This document shows positions 12,916 through 24,703 of a stretch of 64,000 nt of DNA, in pieces (positions within the stretch are counted from its first letter, which is position 1; the number at the start of each line of letters is the position of its first letter). The position numbers and the translations under genes are program-made. Source of the stretch: Sphagnum compactum (lineage: Eukaryota); NCBI GenBank assembly GCA_965153455.1, contig OZ234493.1, positions 434,001 through 498,000 on the forward strand, read 5' to 3'. The notes below the pieces were generated by a model. The model was not told the DNA's origin. It made no database searches and saw only the letters and a list, made by a program, of their open reading frames with translations.

Positions 12916-13324
12916 CTCGTGATTAGTGTATTTTCTTCAAAATTCTAAGGTGTCTTGGCAAGCTACATAAAACTCATGTGGAGGTATTGACGGCAAGTTG
13001 AAAATGTGAGGGGGTAAAGGATTATGATTACAATAAAACACTTGTAGAGCACCGACCCAAAATGCAAAAATAGCATAAATCAAAATATCACTCATGCAAT
13101 GCATAAAGATTCAAAAAAAGAAAATTCCAATTCAATGAAAAGGAATTGGGGTGAAGATCCAAACCTCCATTATTTTATACTCCCATTAAGAGCCGCATAC
13201 ATTTGGTACTAAGTTGAAATGTTGATTAGTAACTGTAATTTTCATGTCATGTTAAATAATTTGTTCCTACCATACAAGCTACAAGTGCAATATAATCAAT
13301 AAATTTTTTTTCACCATGAACAAT

Positions 13325-13552
13325 CCTATTTGGCCCCCACTAAGATGGTTCTTTCCAAACACCAAATGCAACATTCAAGGGGGAAATGGACATGTTTAAT
13401 GTTATCCCTAAGTGCTCCCTAGTCTGACCTCCTGTCCAAACCTGAGTTTTCTGTTTCATGCCCAGTTTGTAGCTATCTAGTTTCTGTAAAACTTCTGTTT
13501 TGCTGAAAACCAAACAAATCACCTCTAAAATTCAAATTCTGTATATTGTACC
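13325..13552. repeat. Segmental duplication block 'Y' (downstream flank of the gene), homologous to about 25725-25868
   Basis: Shared tttggccc, ttctttccaaaca, acattcaagggggaa.tggaca, aaaaccaaaca. Confidence 0.7.
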
Positions 13553-13851
13553 CAGTGTTTTTTTTTGGGTCCGCAATTTCACCAAAATGCGAAAAAAAAG
13601 AAGCATTCAGGCAGTGACCCTTACAAAGGCTAATTCTTGGAATTTTTTCAGAAAATATGTTAAAAAAGCAGGAGTTTGGGACTAGATTTGCCAAATTTTG
13701 AGCACCTACTCCTGCAGATTGCCAAACATCAGCAAGATAACCATTTTTATAAGAAAAATCTACATGTCCTGTTGTCATTTAATGCTAATTTAGCCTTCTT
13801 GGGATGCTAGCCAATGATGCAACATCAGAAAATTGAAAAAAAAGTTCCCTG
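13553..13851. mobile_element. hAT-type MITE (CAGTG.../...CCCTG ends)
   Basis: CAGTGTTTTTT start and AAAAAAAAGTTCCCTG end; degenerate 8-bp flanks ATTGTACC / ATTGCAAG. Confidence 0.55.
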
Positions 13852-13949
13852 ATTGCAAGACCATGAATTTTTATTACAAAATTTCTACTGAAAATTCTCC
13901 AGAAAATTCTTTTCGTTTTTAATAAATTTTTGAGTTTACTTGCCTGATG

Positions 13950-16020
13950 TTTAGCAGTGTGCGAATTGGGGTTGGCTTTCAGCCAGAGCCTCAGCTCCCA
14001 TTTCGTTACACGACACTCAACATCAAACTAGGGTTTATGACAATGTCGCGCTTTGCAATTTCCTCCCGAAGGCTTATTGCCAAAAGTAGACTCTGCTGCA
14101 GCACCCATGCACTGCTGCAGTAGGTCAGCTAACCTGTCTGCCCCCAGATGCCCGATTGAGTCAACAACCCATAGGTTTCCAAGATTCGCTACTAAGGCAA
14201 GCTGATACTTTTCAGCTTTTGATTTATCATATTTGAACCTAGGTAAGAATTTTTTTGTTACAACTGTATGTTGTGGGTCAACAAAGCTACAATCGATGCT
14301 CAACCGTAGGTGTAACGGCTTGTGGTCAGAGTCTCCCCCCATCACGCAATAGCGGGTGTCGTCTATTATCACCTCGAGGTGTGTAGCATCTTGTTAAATT
14401 GCAGGTGAGCCAACAATATAATCGACAATGCTACGCCCCCCATTTGCCAAACAAGTGAACTCCCCTGATTCGTCACCAGGTGTCCGGTCGTTGAGGATGA
14501 GCAACCTAGCGTCACAACATAGGTCCAGGAACTCGCGACCCCAGCCGCCAACACTAGCGTCGCGGTTTTGACGCTTAGCCACAACATTTGGTTGCTTAGT
14601 TTGTGTGTGTTCAGGCGCCTGTAACAGTTCACAAAGGTCGCTAGTGTCGATGGTATTTGGTAACATTGCAGTTCGCGCATTAAAATCCCCTCCCAATAAT
14701 ACTATGCCCCCTAAAGTTTGAACTTCAGCAATATCTACTGCCAGGTTTTGGAACAAGGATTCGTTTTCGTGTTTGGAGCCGACAGGGGTAGCATACACCA
14801 CGCAAACATACAAGTCAGAGGCAGCACCCCTGCTGACCCGTAGCCATAGATAAAAATCGTGGCTTCCTTGTTTCCATTGTGACAAGTTTGGGCCGAGGTG
14901 GTTGCGAAAGTAAGCGACAACCCCCCCGCTATGTTTTATCGCTTTTATTCTTCCCGGTTGCACAGTGCGCGCTACCGCACGTGAGTCAAACCCTTCAATG
15001 TGTGGCAAATGTTGGCTTGAGAAGTGCCAGGTTTCAGTTAATAAGACAAGGTCAACATCTTGAAATAACTCTAGTATTTGCACCCCCATTTCTAGTTTAT
15101 TTACACCACCCTCGTGCATGTTCCATAATACTATGCATAGGTCTTTCTAGTCCCCGTGGCCTTAGATAGAGGAGGGTGGGCAAATTTGAGTGCCGTTGAC
15201 GAAGAGTTCGGCTGCACGCCAGAAGGCACACTTGCCTACCGCCTTGGCCTCCTTGAACAGCGGCCACCGCTGTAACTTGAGCGTCTGTTGCGCAGACGTG
15301 AAGTCCTCGTTTAGGCTAGTTTGGTCCCCGCCAGGCTTTTGCGCCTTCGCAGTGCGGCTTGGCGATCTTCGTTTGTTGTGAATTTGAGCAGCACCGCATC
15401 GGGGCGCGCACCCGTCGTCAAGGTGGAGGTTCGTGCGATCGCAGGCTGCTGCCGCATGGCGGTGATGACCTTGGCGCGCAACCTCATTTACCCTTGCAAC
15501 AGCTCTGTGTTGAGCCGTTGCACCAACTTTTTCTTGGTTTCACCCTCCTTGGCCTCAAAGCCCATGATGCGCAAGTTGAGCTTGCGTTCCTCTTATTTGG
15601 GCGCATCGGCCAGGGTCTCCACAGCCCGGTTGACCACCTAGCGCACGTTCTTAGCCATCACTGTGGTCCACTTGGGCTCTTTCGCAGAAGCAGCCTTCGT
15701 TGTGACAGCTGCAGCCGCCTCGCGCTCCATCAGTTGGTTGATCGCAAGGTTGCCAGCAGCCGCAAGAGATGCAATCTTTTCGATGGCCGCCTCCATCTTG
15801 GACAACCGCGCGTCAACAGGTGTGCTGTTGGTCTTGAGGCCCATGACTAGCCAGTGCCCAGTTAGGGCTGATTGGTATACCGCTAGGGGTGTATTGTCTA
15901 GAACATTGAGCCCAACGTTGTTGCAATACGTTTTGGCAGTGTCCTTCTTCAGTGTGAAAATGTCTAATGCTACATTGAAAGGACACCGCAGCATTGTGGC
16001 ATCGAGTGCCATCGCGGAGT
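13950..16020 (-). mobile_element. Non-LTR retrotransposon (LINE) fragment: disrupted ORF1 (~16011-15160) and ORF2 APE endonuclease (~15140-14030); no reverse transcriptase
   Basis: APE motifs LWN, LTETW, SGGV, VYA, GGDFNART, GDESGEFT, SIVDY, SDHKPL. ORF1 contains ERKLNLRIMGF and in-frame TAG/TAA stops. GC-rich island. Confidence 0.85.
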
Positions 16021-16589
16021 TTTTCAAATCTTAAACCCTAAATCAATGTCTATTTTTTCAAAAGGACTTGAGAAGTCAAAAAACATATGGGTTTTAGCCC
16101 CCAAAAAAAATAAAAAAAAGGTTCAGAAGTCAAAACCAAGAACTTGGAATTGTCCTTGCTGGCTGGCTGTCACAGGAGCTTTTGAAATCCAGAACGTCCC
16201 CACCAGGCATTTGACATAGTGATGTCCCAAATTTTTAAGTCCCGGAAACCAGGTCTTGAAAGGAAAAGATCTCAAAATAGAGATCCCAAATCGAGTCCCA
16301 GAAACTACTAGGTCTCAAAATGCAGATCTCGAATTGAGTCCCAAAAAGCTTGAGGTCTCAAAACCTGGGCCCCGTCAGCACGCCCCCCTCCATCTCTCTC
16401 GCGACGACACACACGGGGTTTGTCCTGCCTTTTGTGTGTTTTGTCGCTCCTCCTGAGGATCAACGTCAAGATTTTTTCTCGTGGACCAAATCACGCTGCG
16501 GACAAATGCCGAAGAAATAGTCCAACAATGTTGGGTGGTGCTGCACGAAGACGAAAGCTTGGAGAAGACAAATCATGAACTAATTATTA

Positions 16590-17340
16590 ATTATTGGTGC
16601 TTTCAATAATAAAATTTTGCAAATCTTTATCATTTATTGGAACATTTTTCAAATTCACAACTGGGGTTTTCTTTCAAATTTTTGATGTTTTCACGTTGTG
16701 GATCATCCCCAGGTGGAATTAGCGAAATTTAGCTACAAGTCAGAGAAAGTGAAAATTCTAAAGAATCCTGCTACATTGCTGAAACTTATTATCTAAATAT
16801 GGCGATTTCAGAAAAACTATTCCTGAAAAAATCTGACGGCTTTGGTGCATTCTTTTCCACAAATGTCCTTTGTATTTGTCACACTGGCCATTGAAGCTTG
16901 TCAGCTCCCTCAAAATATCAAGAAAACATTAACTTTTGAGGCTTTTAAAATTATGCCCCTCCTTGTGAATGCTTGCCAAACTATTGATGGTTTTTTGGGA
17001 GGGTGGTTCTGTTCTTGCAATTCTCTGAAGAGTAAGGTGTAATGGAAGGTGCAAAGGTGGGGGACATCCCAAAATGAGGCCTTAGTAGGAAGTGTGATGA
17101 GATTAGCAGTGCATTTCAGGAATGTCCTCACCCCTGAGCCTAACACATCCTAATGTCACACAAGGCGTGCAGTTGTAACTTATGAAGAGAGCACAAGGCA
17201 AATGTTTTGATGAGATTACATGCACTTAAATAAATCGAAGGTTACCAGGCAACTGGAGTTACTAGGTGTAAGAGGCCCCAGGAGGGGTAAGGTGCTGAGG
17301 AGGCATTATTCACAAGGGCGAAACGTCTGGGAGATGTTTG
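16590..17340. repeat. Segmental duplication block 'Z', copy 2 (includes a shared degenerate MITE)
   Basis: Colinear similarity to 28070-29055 starting at ttggtgctttca.taataaa. Confidence 0.8.
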
Positions 17341-17611
17341 TAGTGTTTCTGGAGGGCATGTTGTCAAGGTGCCTTCTGAATACACTAGGAAATCTCCTTA
17401 GTGATGGGTTAGAGGTGGAGCCGAGCCCAGGCCTGAATCCCATGAAGCCTGCTGTCAAGGGAGTTTACTGAATGTAAGTACCTGGTTAACATTTTTATTT
17501 GAATTTTTTTCCTTGTGAGACCCAGTGTGTATCCACCAGGGATCAGGGGAAATTTCTATAAAGGAGGGCGGGCATTTCAAGAAATGAAATGCCTGCACAC
17601 CAAGATGCAAT

Positions 17612-18045
17612 TCTGTCACATGGTAATGGGTTCTATTAAGCACACCAAAAGCATACATAATGCAAGTACAAGGAAACAAAATTAGATCAAGGTTTTTTTT
17701 GGGTTCACATGTGTGAGGCCACAAGTGGTATCCATGTGAATACTGAGAACTGCCCAATGAAATTTCTTTTTGGTCACCAAGTTGTGCTTGTCCTTTTTAG
17801 CTTTCCTGAAATTTGTGAAAGTAGAAGCACAAAACTGTTTGCATGTGTAAGAGACCCTAACAAGGGCAATGAATCACATCAAATTATGACATGGTCAACA
17901 AGAGTATATGTGAGGCTTGGTTTGGAGTCTCAAAACGAATTAGATATTTCACAAATACTAGGAACAATAAGTTAAAAAATGCATCCCTAAACTAAATGCA
18001 AAGAGATGGGTAATGAAGCTTTAGATATTGGAAGGTGATAGGGCT
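17612..18045. repeat. Segmental duplication block 'X', copy 2
   Basis: Colinear with 12420-12915. Confidence 0.8.
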
Positions 18046-18156
18046 AGAGATAAGCTGAAATATGGAGTACATGATGGGACAAAAGAGCTCATTAGGTACT
18101 CATGCCATCATTCTCATATTGTGATGTTCACATGGGCCTCCTCTATTAGCTTATCA

Positions 18157-21100
18157 CTAGTTTGAACCCCGTGCCTAATACATTTCCAAAACCTCTCTAT
18201 ATACCACATTCCGCATGTATCCATCGGGACCCTGGCCGCTGAAAATCTTGATGTTTGCATTGCTTGTGACCCGTAAAATAACAACATACAGCTGACCATG
18301 GGAAAGATCGAAGACGGAAAATATACCCCAATGTTGTTCAATGTCTGACCTTGACTCTTGTTGATTGTCATCGCAAATGCCATTTGAACAGGAAATTGAC
18401 GACGACGCAAAACAAATTGCCAATCAGTCCCAGAGGGGGACATGATGATGCGGGGTATGAACACACGTTTGCCGACGTTATTTCCTGTGATGATCTCCAC
18501 TTCAATGACACGCTGACCCAATCTCTTGACAATCAACCTCGTACTATTGCACAATCCTATTGATTGACTGAGATTGCACAACAAAAGGATTGGCACGCCC
18601 ACTTTGAGTTCTAGCTTATGATTTGCAATACCGCTGAATTGCAAAGTGTTCAAAAATTCCATCGGATACAATGAATCCATTGAAATTCCTGTAGCAGCAC
18701 TTGCACCTTCTTCTGTCGGAGCCAAAGAATCTGCACACAGGTACGTGTGCAATTCTTCAGATAGCGATTCAAGAATTGCACTGTTGACTTCATCAATGTC
18801 AATATTTTTGGGACCCATAATGCTTCGTTGCATAAGATACATGGCATCTCCAGAGTGGTGTTGGTGATCTAGATAGATGGTTTGGATTAATCCTCTTAAG
18901 CTGCAAACTTTTGCTGGCAGCCTCATTTGGGACGGGAGCTTGATCCAGTCTGGATCGACACCTTCTTCTTCTGCAATGGCAGGAAGACTGTCGTCTCCAA
19001 CATTCAACACCCATTTGACAAACTTTCGCTGCTTTTCAGAATTGGCTGCCATGACTCGCATGTTGATATGAAGATGAAGAATTGTAACATGCTGCCAAAG
19101 ATGTGATCGAAGCAACGAAGCACTGACAATGTCTTTCTTGTCCTCCCTTCGAAACAATAGGCAGGATTTGTCAAAAATCCCCACCAAGGACCACGGTTTT
19201 CCCACCAAAGATCTTCTCGGTTGCTTGTGCATCATCCAATTGCATCAAATCACACAAGGTCCGATCAACAGCTTCGAAAGTTCGGCAATGCATCATTGGT
19301 GCCTCATCCCAAATGATCAGATCAGCTTTACACACCAATTCGGCCACTTTCATTTGTTGTGTGATGTTGAAAGTGAACTCATTGTGTGGATCAATCGAAA
19401 TCTTGAATCTTGAATGGGTAGTTCTGCCACCCAGAAGTAGCAAAGATGCAATTCCTGATGAGGCAACTATAAGCATGATTTTGCCTTGCCCTCGTAGACG
19501 GGACAAAAGCGTTGTCCAAACAAATGTTTTGCCGATTCCACCACTGCCATACACAAAGAACAGCTTGCCATCTTTGTTTGTCACGGCATTCAAAATAGTT
19601 TCGTATGCGTTACGCTAATCATCATTGAGCTTATCTTCTGCATCGTCTACATCTGTGGTCAATGAATGCTGATAATAAACCAGCTCTTTTTGGACCAATC
19701 GGTTTCCTCCATGAACAAAAGGGATGTAATTAGACTTGGGAAGTGTTGGAAAATCTTCCAGGTGATGTCTGTTGCGGATGAGAACCTGATCGATTTCATA
19801 CAATGCACGATCCTTTAGTGCATCCTCAGAAAGGGTAATAACTGGATCATCACGCTCGCGGCGTGTCATTGCCTTAATGTCATCATTCAAAGACTCCCAA
19901 TGTGCATCCTATAGTTATTTGGGATTCATCACCTCACAAAACATCAGCATGGAGGCAAACATGACATGTAGTTGTCATCCTAAGGCCCAAAGACCGACTT
20001 CTTCCAAGGCTTGATGCCATTCATTGTCGTCTGCAAGCAAACCCATTGCAATGCATGCATCTTTGAATGTGTCGTGCTCTGTGCCATCCACTGTCCGCAA
20101 ATGCTCATAGGATGTGGCACCTTTGACGCAGTTCAGCAGCATCCGCAAATAATAACGTTCACCTGATGTCGAGTGTGCATAATACATGCAACTAATGGCA
20201 AAGCCTCTCTTGCGCATTGTCCATCGCTTCAACTTCCGATTCCACACCCATTGCTGAAGGAATTGATCAAAGATAGGGCTTTGTGCAACTTTTGATTCTT
20301 GGTTTATTTTGAACCATTCCGTCAGCATCGTTCTGGAAATGGTTAATCGTGTTGCCACTTCCTGCACATCATCATCATCGTTGAACAGCACCATTTATTG
20401 ATTGGGCAAATGGTATTGCAAACGCTTAATGGCAGGAAACCCCTCATGCATATCAAACTTGAAGATGCGCCACACTACTTCCGATGTAGATACATAGCGA
20501 CAATCGAGATTTTTTTAAATTTCATCAGCTTCGACCACATTCCCTTCAGTGGCATTATTGCTCTAACGTGAGATCTCAATAGTTGCATGATCATGTCCTT
20601 TGTAAACGTACTTGAATAGATACTTGACTGGACAAATGTTGTTGTAGACCTCAACGTTGATGTGCGCATTGTATTTGGTTGACAAATAGACATTGTGTGG
20701 TACCACCCAATGATTGTCCAATTCAACGCCATGAACCAGAACTATGCGCCCTATATCTTTGCGTCGATAAATAGGACATTCGTTTACATCCGTCACCGTC
20801 TCAGATTCGAACTTGCGTGGATATTGTTTTTTGCATTTGCCATCTTCCATGCATGGGGCATTTGGAAACACAACTCCACATGGACTATGCATCATGCATG
20901 TGGAAACCGTCTCGTGTGCCAACCTATTTGTCTCTGGATTTGGAAATTCAGCACTGATCATGCGATCTACATCCTTGACTGTGTGTGGTTTGCAATCTTC
21001 GACAAAGAAGATGAGAATGTGTGCATGCGGTAGCCCACGTTTTTGAAACTCAATGACATAGATTCCCGCAATCATGCGTCCCAGAATATGCTTCTTGTGA

Positions 21101-23110
21101 ATGTCATTGATCAACTTCTTTAGCTTGATTTTGAGCACTTGGGTTACCAAATCCGATCGATCCTGAGGTTGTTGTTTGGGTAGCAACGCTCTCTTGATCT
21201 CAGGCCATTGGGGATTGCAAGTGAATATAACAAATGCATTTGGGCAGCGAGCCCCTCTGCAGATTGCCATCGCATCTTGATTATTCTGAACCATGTGACG
21301 TGGACCTCCTGTGAAAGAAGATGGCAAAATGATCCTTCTGTCCGATGGCAACAACGTGATTGTCATTTGCAATGATGGCGTCTTGAAGGTCTTGATAGAG
21401 ATCTGCACGAAGCTTTTTTTAATTCAGGTGCAGATACCTCAAGTGGTTTTGTTCGACAGCCGCATAAGCATCCACAATGTATTGTTGCCTCAATCGGTCA
21501 CCCCGAAGCAACGCAATGCCATTAGTGTCTCGATGTTGAAGTCGATAACCGTAAAATTTGGCCATTGTCACATTGCGATGCTTTGTATGATGCTCAGATT
21601 CTTTCGCATAATCTTCATCCAAATCCTCATTAGCATCTTATAAAACAACACCATTGAGCGGAATATTTGGATGCCATCCATCCTCACCGTAAGGAAATAG
21701 CAATAGATAATGTACAGCCATGTATCCCACATGTAGCTCGGAAATGTGCTGAAACGGGCCAGCTTGTTGAGCAACGACGATGTCACACTTATCTATAGCC
21801 TCAGAACCATCTCCTACCATCAATGCAGTGATTTCATCGGCCATCGACACATTGTATCGGTGGGCATCTTTTGTCGAGAGGCAATGAGACGCAATTTCAG
21901 ATCCGTGGGAGCCCCTTCTGTTGCCATCATATCCCTTGCCATTTTGAACACTTTGACATAGGGATTAATATTGTACATCATGGTTAACAACCGATCCAAC
22001 GTCATTGGATCAAGCAATGGCATAACGGCATGGCGGTTTTGACGTTCGCTCTCTGTATCATGAATGTACAGCTCTGCAAACTGTGGACGCTGTCCTTCGG
22101 CAGGACACAAGGATCCGATTTTGTGATAAAGCTCACCTTGAACTTTGTGATAAAGTACGGTCCAGTGCCTCTTGTTACCAACTCAACTTTGGCACCGAAC
22201 GAAGTGAATGCCAACACCGAATTGTATATGCGAATTTGATCTCGAAATTTGACGAGACTTCTCTCTTTGTTGGTTAAAAGAAGACGGTACTTTGCTCTTG
22301 CGATGTTCCAAGAAGATTCGGAAACTAAATTTTGCCATTTTCGCAACATAGAGAAAACTATGGGTTGTTGTTGCTCGACTTTGCCAATTGTTCTTAAATC
22401 CACATTTTCACATTGCAGAATCCACAGATTGTGTCCATTTCTCCACAATCCCATTGTGCCGGGGTTGACGCGTCTTTGTTTCCAAACAATTGCAACGCGT
22501 CATTGCCAAGAGAAGGTTGTGCACGTGCTGCTGCTTGTTGTACAGTTCGCCATTCTCAACGTAGATGATTACTTCGCTCTTGTGGCGTTTTAGATGGCCC
22601 GACTGACTCTACAAACAATTGCAATGCGTCATTGCCAAAAGAAGGTTATGCATGTGCTGCTGCTTCTTGTACGATTCGCCGTTCTCGATGCAGACGATTA
22701 CTTCGCTCTTATGGCATTTCAGATGGCTCGGTCGACTTTGCAAACAATTGCAATGCGTCATTGCCAAGAAATGTTGTGCACATGCTGTTGCTTGTTGTAT
22801 GGTTCGCCATTCTTGACGCAAACAATTACTTCGCTCTTGTGGTGTTTCAGATGGCCCGACCGATTCTATATGTTACCTGGCACACCGTTCTCTCTACAGG
22901 CAATTGCGACATTCATGTGCAAATTTCAACATGTCTTGATTGAATTCTTCTGGAGCATTAATGTGTGGAACAAGATTTTCCAAAAAGTTAGTTTGCTCAT
23001 CATTCTGCTGAGCTTCTTAGTGCTATTGAAGGGCTACCAAAGTTGCCAAAGCACTACCATGCTGCACAATGAGTGCACGCATACGTTCTTGTATGTCTTC
23101 GAGCATTGTG
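18157..23110 (-). mobile_element. Helitron with degenerate RepHel ORF; 3' end defined, 5' end not identified
   Basis: Rep motifs FTCNPQWPEI, IEFQKRGLPHAHILI (HUH), KYLFKYVYKG; PIF1 helicase motifs GSGGIGKT, IIWDEAPM, FGGKTVVLGGDF, FAMTINKSQGQT, HGQLYV. Minus-strand 3' end GGCACGGGGTTCAAACTAG|T at 18157. Many stops and frameshifts. Confidence 0.92.
22483..22860 (-). repeat. Three 129-bp (43-codon) tandem repeats in the RepHel N-terminal region
   Basis: caaacaattgcaa starts at 22483, 22612 and 22741. Confidence 0.9.
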
Positions 23111-23165
23111 GAAAATATATGTTGGGTTTGTTGCTGATATTTATATCAAATCTTGGGGGGGGGGG

Positions 23166-23428
23166 TTTCTCCTACATTCTCGTATTCTGGTGCCGTATTT
23201 CTCCTGGAAGTAGTCTCATAGGCGTCATCACAGCAACACGGGTAACATCGATCGCGATGAGGTTTTCGTCTCCAAGAAAAAGAAGGAGATTGTTGCTACA
23301 GCAGTAGGAAGATGGGGAGTCACAGAATACCTTCAACATCCATTGGGTCGGATCTTGATGATCGCTTTCATGCTTCTGTTAGGATGGCCTCTCTATCTGA
23401 TTTGCAACGTTTCAGGGAAAAAATACCT
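23166..23428 (+). pseudogene. FAD2: Omega-6 (delta-12) fatty acid desaturase internal fragment
   Basis: [38 protein letters not shown]...HPLGRILMIAFMLLLGWPLYLICNVSGKKY, containing the second His box HRRHH; stop at 23211; no N- or C-terminus. Confidence 0.9.
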
Positions 23429-23487
23429 GTAGAGAATATATGTTGGGTTTGTTGCTGATATTGATATCAAAATCTGGGGGGGGGGGG

Positions 23488-23562
23488 TTTCTCCTGCACT
23501 CTTGTCTGCTGGTGCCGTATTTCTCTTAGAAGTATTTTCACAGGTGTCATCACAGTAACACG
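23488..23562 (+). pseudogene. FAD2: Second, shorter FAD2 fragment
   Basis: FLLHSCLLVPYFS*KYFHRCHHSNT, preceded by the same atatatgttgggtttgttgctgatatt...poly-G leader as the first fragment. Confidence 0.85.
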
Positions 23563-24487
23563 ATGCCTACAATAGGAAGGGCAATGTGAAGTAGTAGCTT
23601 ATAAGGGTTTAGCTATTGCAAATTGTTTCAATCTTCTCAAAGCATGACAATTGGGATGTGCTCCTTCTGGGAGTCTATATGGTCTTAGTCCTGACTGCTA
23701 AAGCTTGTCGCGGTCATCACGATGTTGCCCAAAGCATTGCTGATGGTTTGTGGAGCTGGTGAATGTAGCATCTTGGGCCAATTTGCTTTGGTTTCAATGG
23801 TGTTTGCTGTACATCTCTTTACAAACATGAAGAAAACCACATGTAAGTTCAGTTGCTCTTTTCTGCTTGTGGATTGTATTCTACACATAGATTTAAGCCT
23901 TGTCCAATTCCCCCTTCACCCTTAAACCCTAAACCCTAATTCTTTTTCCATTTCAATTTTGCACTGTTTCTTCATTCTTTCATCTCACCAATTTGCCTGA
24001 CCAAGCTCTACCTTTTGGCATACAGCAGTATCAGGTCAATGAATTTCACCTGGCTGAATTCTCCCATGGTTTTATCTAACCCAAACCCAACTCCAAAAAG
24101 CAATAGGAAGTCATTCTTGGAATATTTGAAAGACATGTCATGAAATGAGCAAAACATCCTGAGCTTTTCAAATTGACACTTTTGGAAACTCTAATCTCTA
24201 CAGACTATCTGGGATTAACAACCAATGCCATGAAAATCACACAACAACTACACTCCTAGTTTTGAAGCTTCTTGTAAGTTCTGCCGCCGCACCTAGATCT
24301 ACATCTTGAGGTTTTCATTCCCAAGAAGAAAAAGGAGATGGGGTGGGTGGGTGGTGCTGCAACTACAACGATGCTCCTCCTCTTCCTCCACAAAGCCAGC
24401 AGAATAAGCTGAGTAGAGAGATAGAGAGAGAGGAAAGAACAACCCCCCCCAAAAAAAAACTCAAAGAGAAAATAAAAGATTGGGTAC

Positions 24488-24703
24488 CCAATGAATAGGA
24501 GGGTACATAGAATTAGTGCATACTGGACACTCCAGCAGCTCATGTACATTGCTGGTATGTGCAACAGCAGATGATGTCTTTTGCTTTAATGTAAGAAATG
24601 GGTTTTTTGACTCCACCTCCGATTTTTCTGTGTTGGATGGTGTGTCTCCTTCTTCCCTCATGGGTGATTCAGGAATGTCCATTTTCAAGTTCCCAGGTGC
24701 CAT
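24488..24703 (-). pseudogene. SINA/SINAT E3 ubiquitin ligase first coding exon only (half of the RING finger)
   Basis: MAPGNLK...SNVHELLECPVCTNSMYPPIH(W) followed by a GT donor at 24487; conserved Q replaced by W. I found no downstream exon of the C.NGH.LC..CK...CPTCR type. Confidence 0.85.

Noticed and set aside
22483-22860. Same 129-bp period as the peptide-precursor repeat
   Set aside because: No sequence similarity between the two arrays; coincidence.
22249-23307. Plus-strand ORFs of 114 and 237 aa
   Set aside because: Antisense to the Helitron repeats; the FAD2 similarity is in a different frame.
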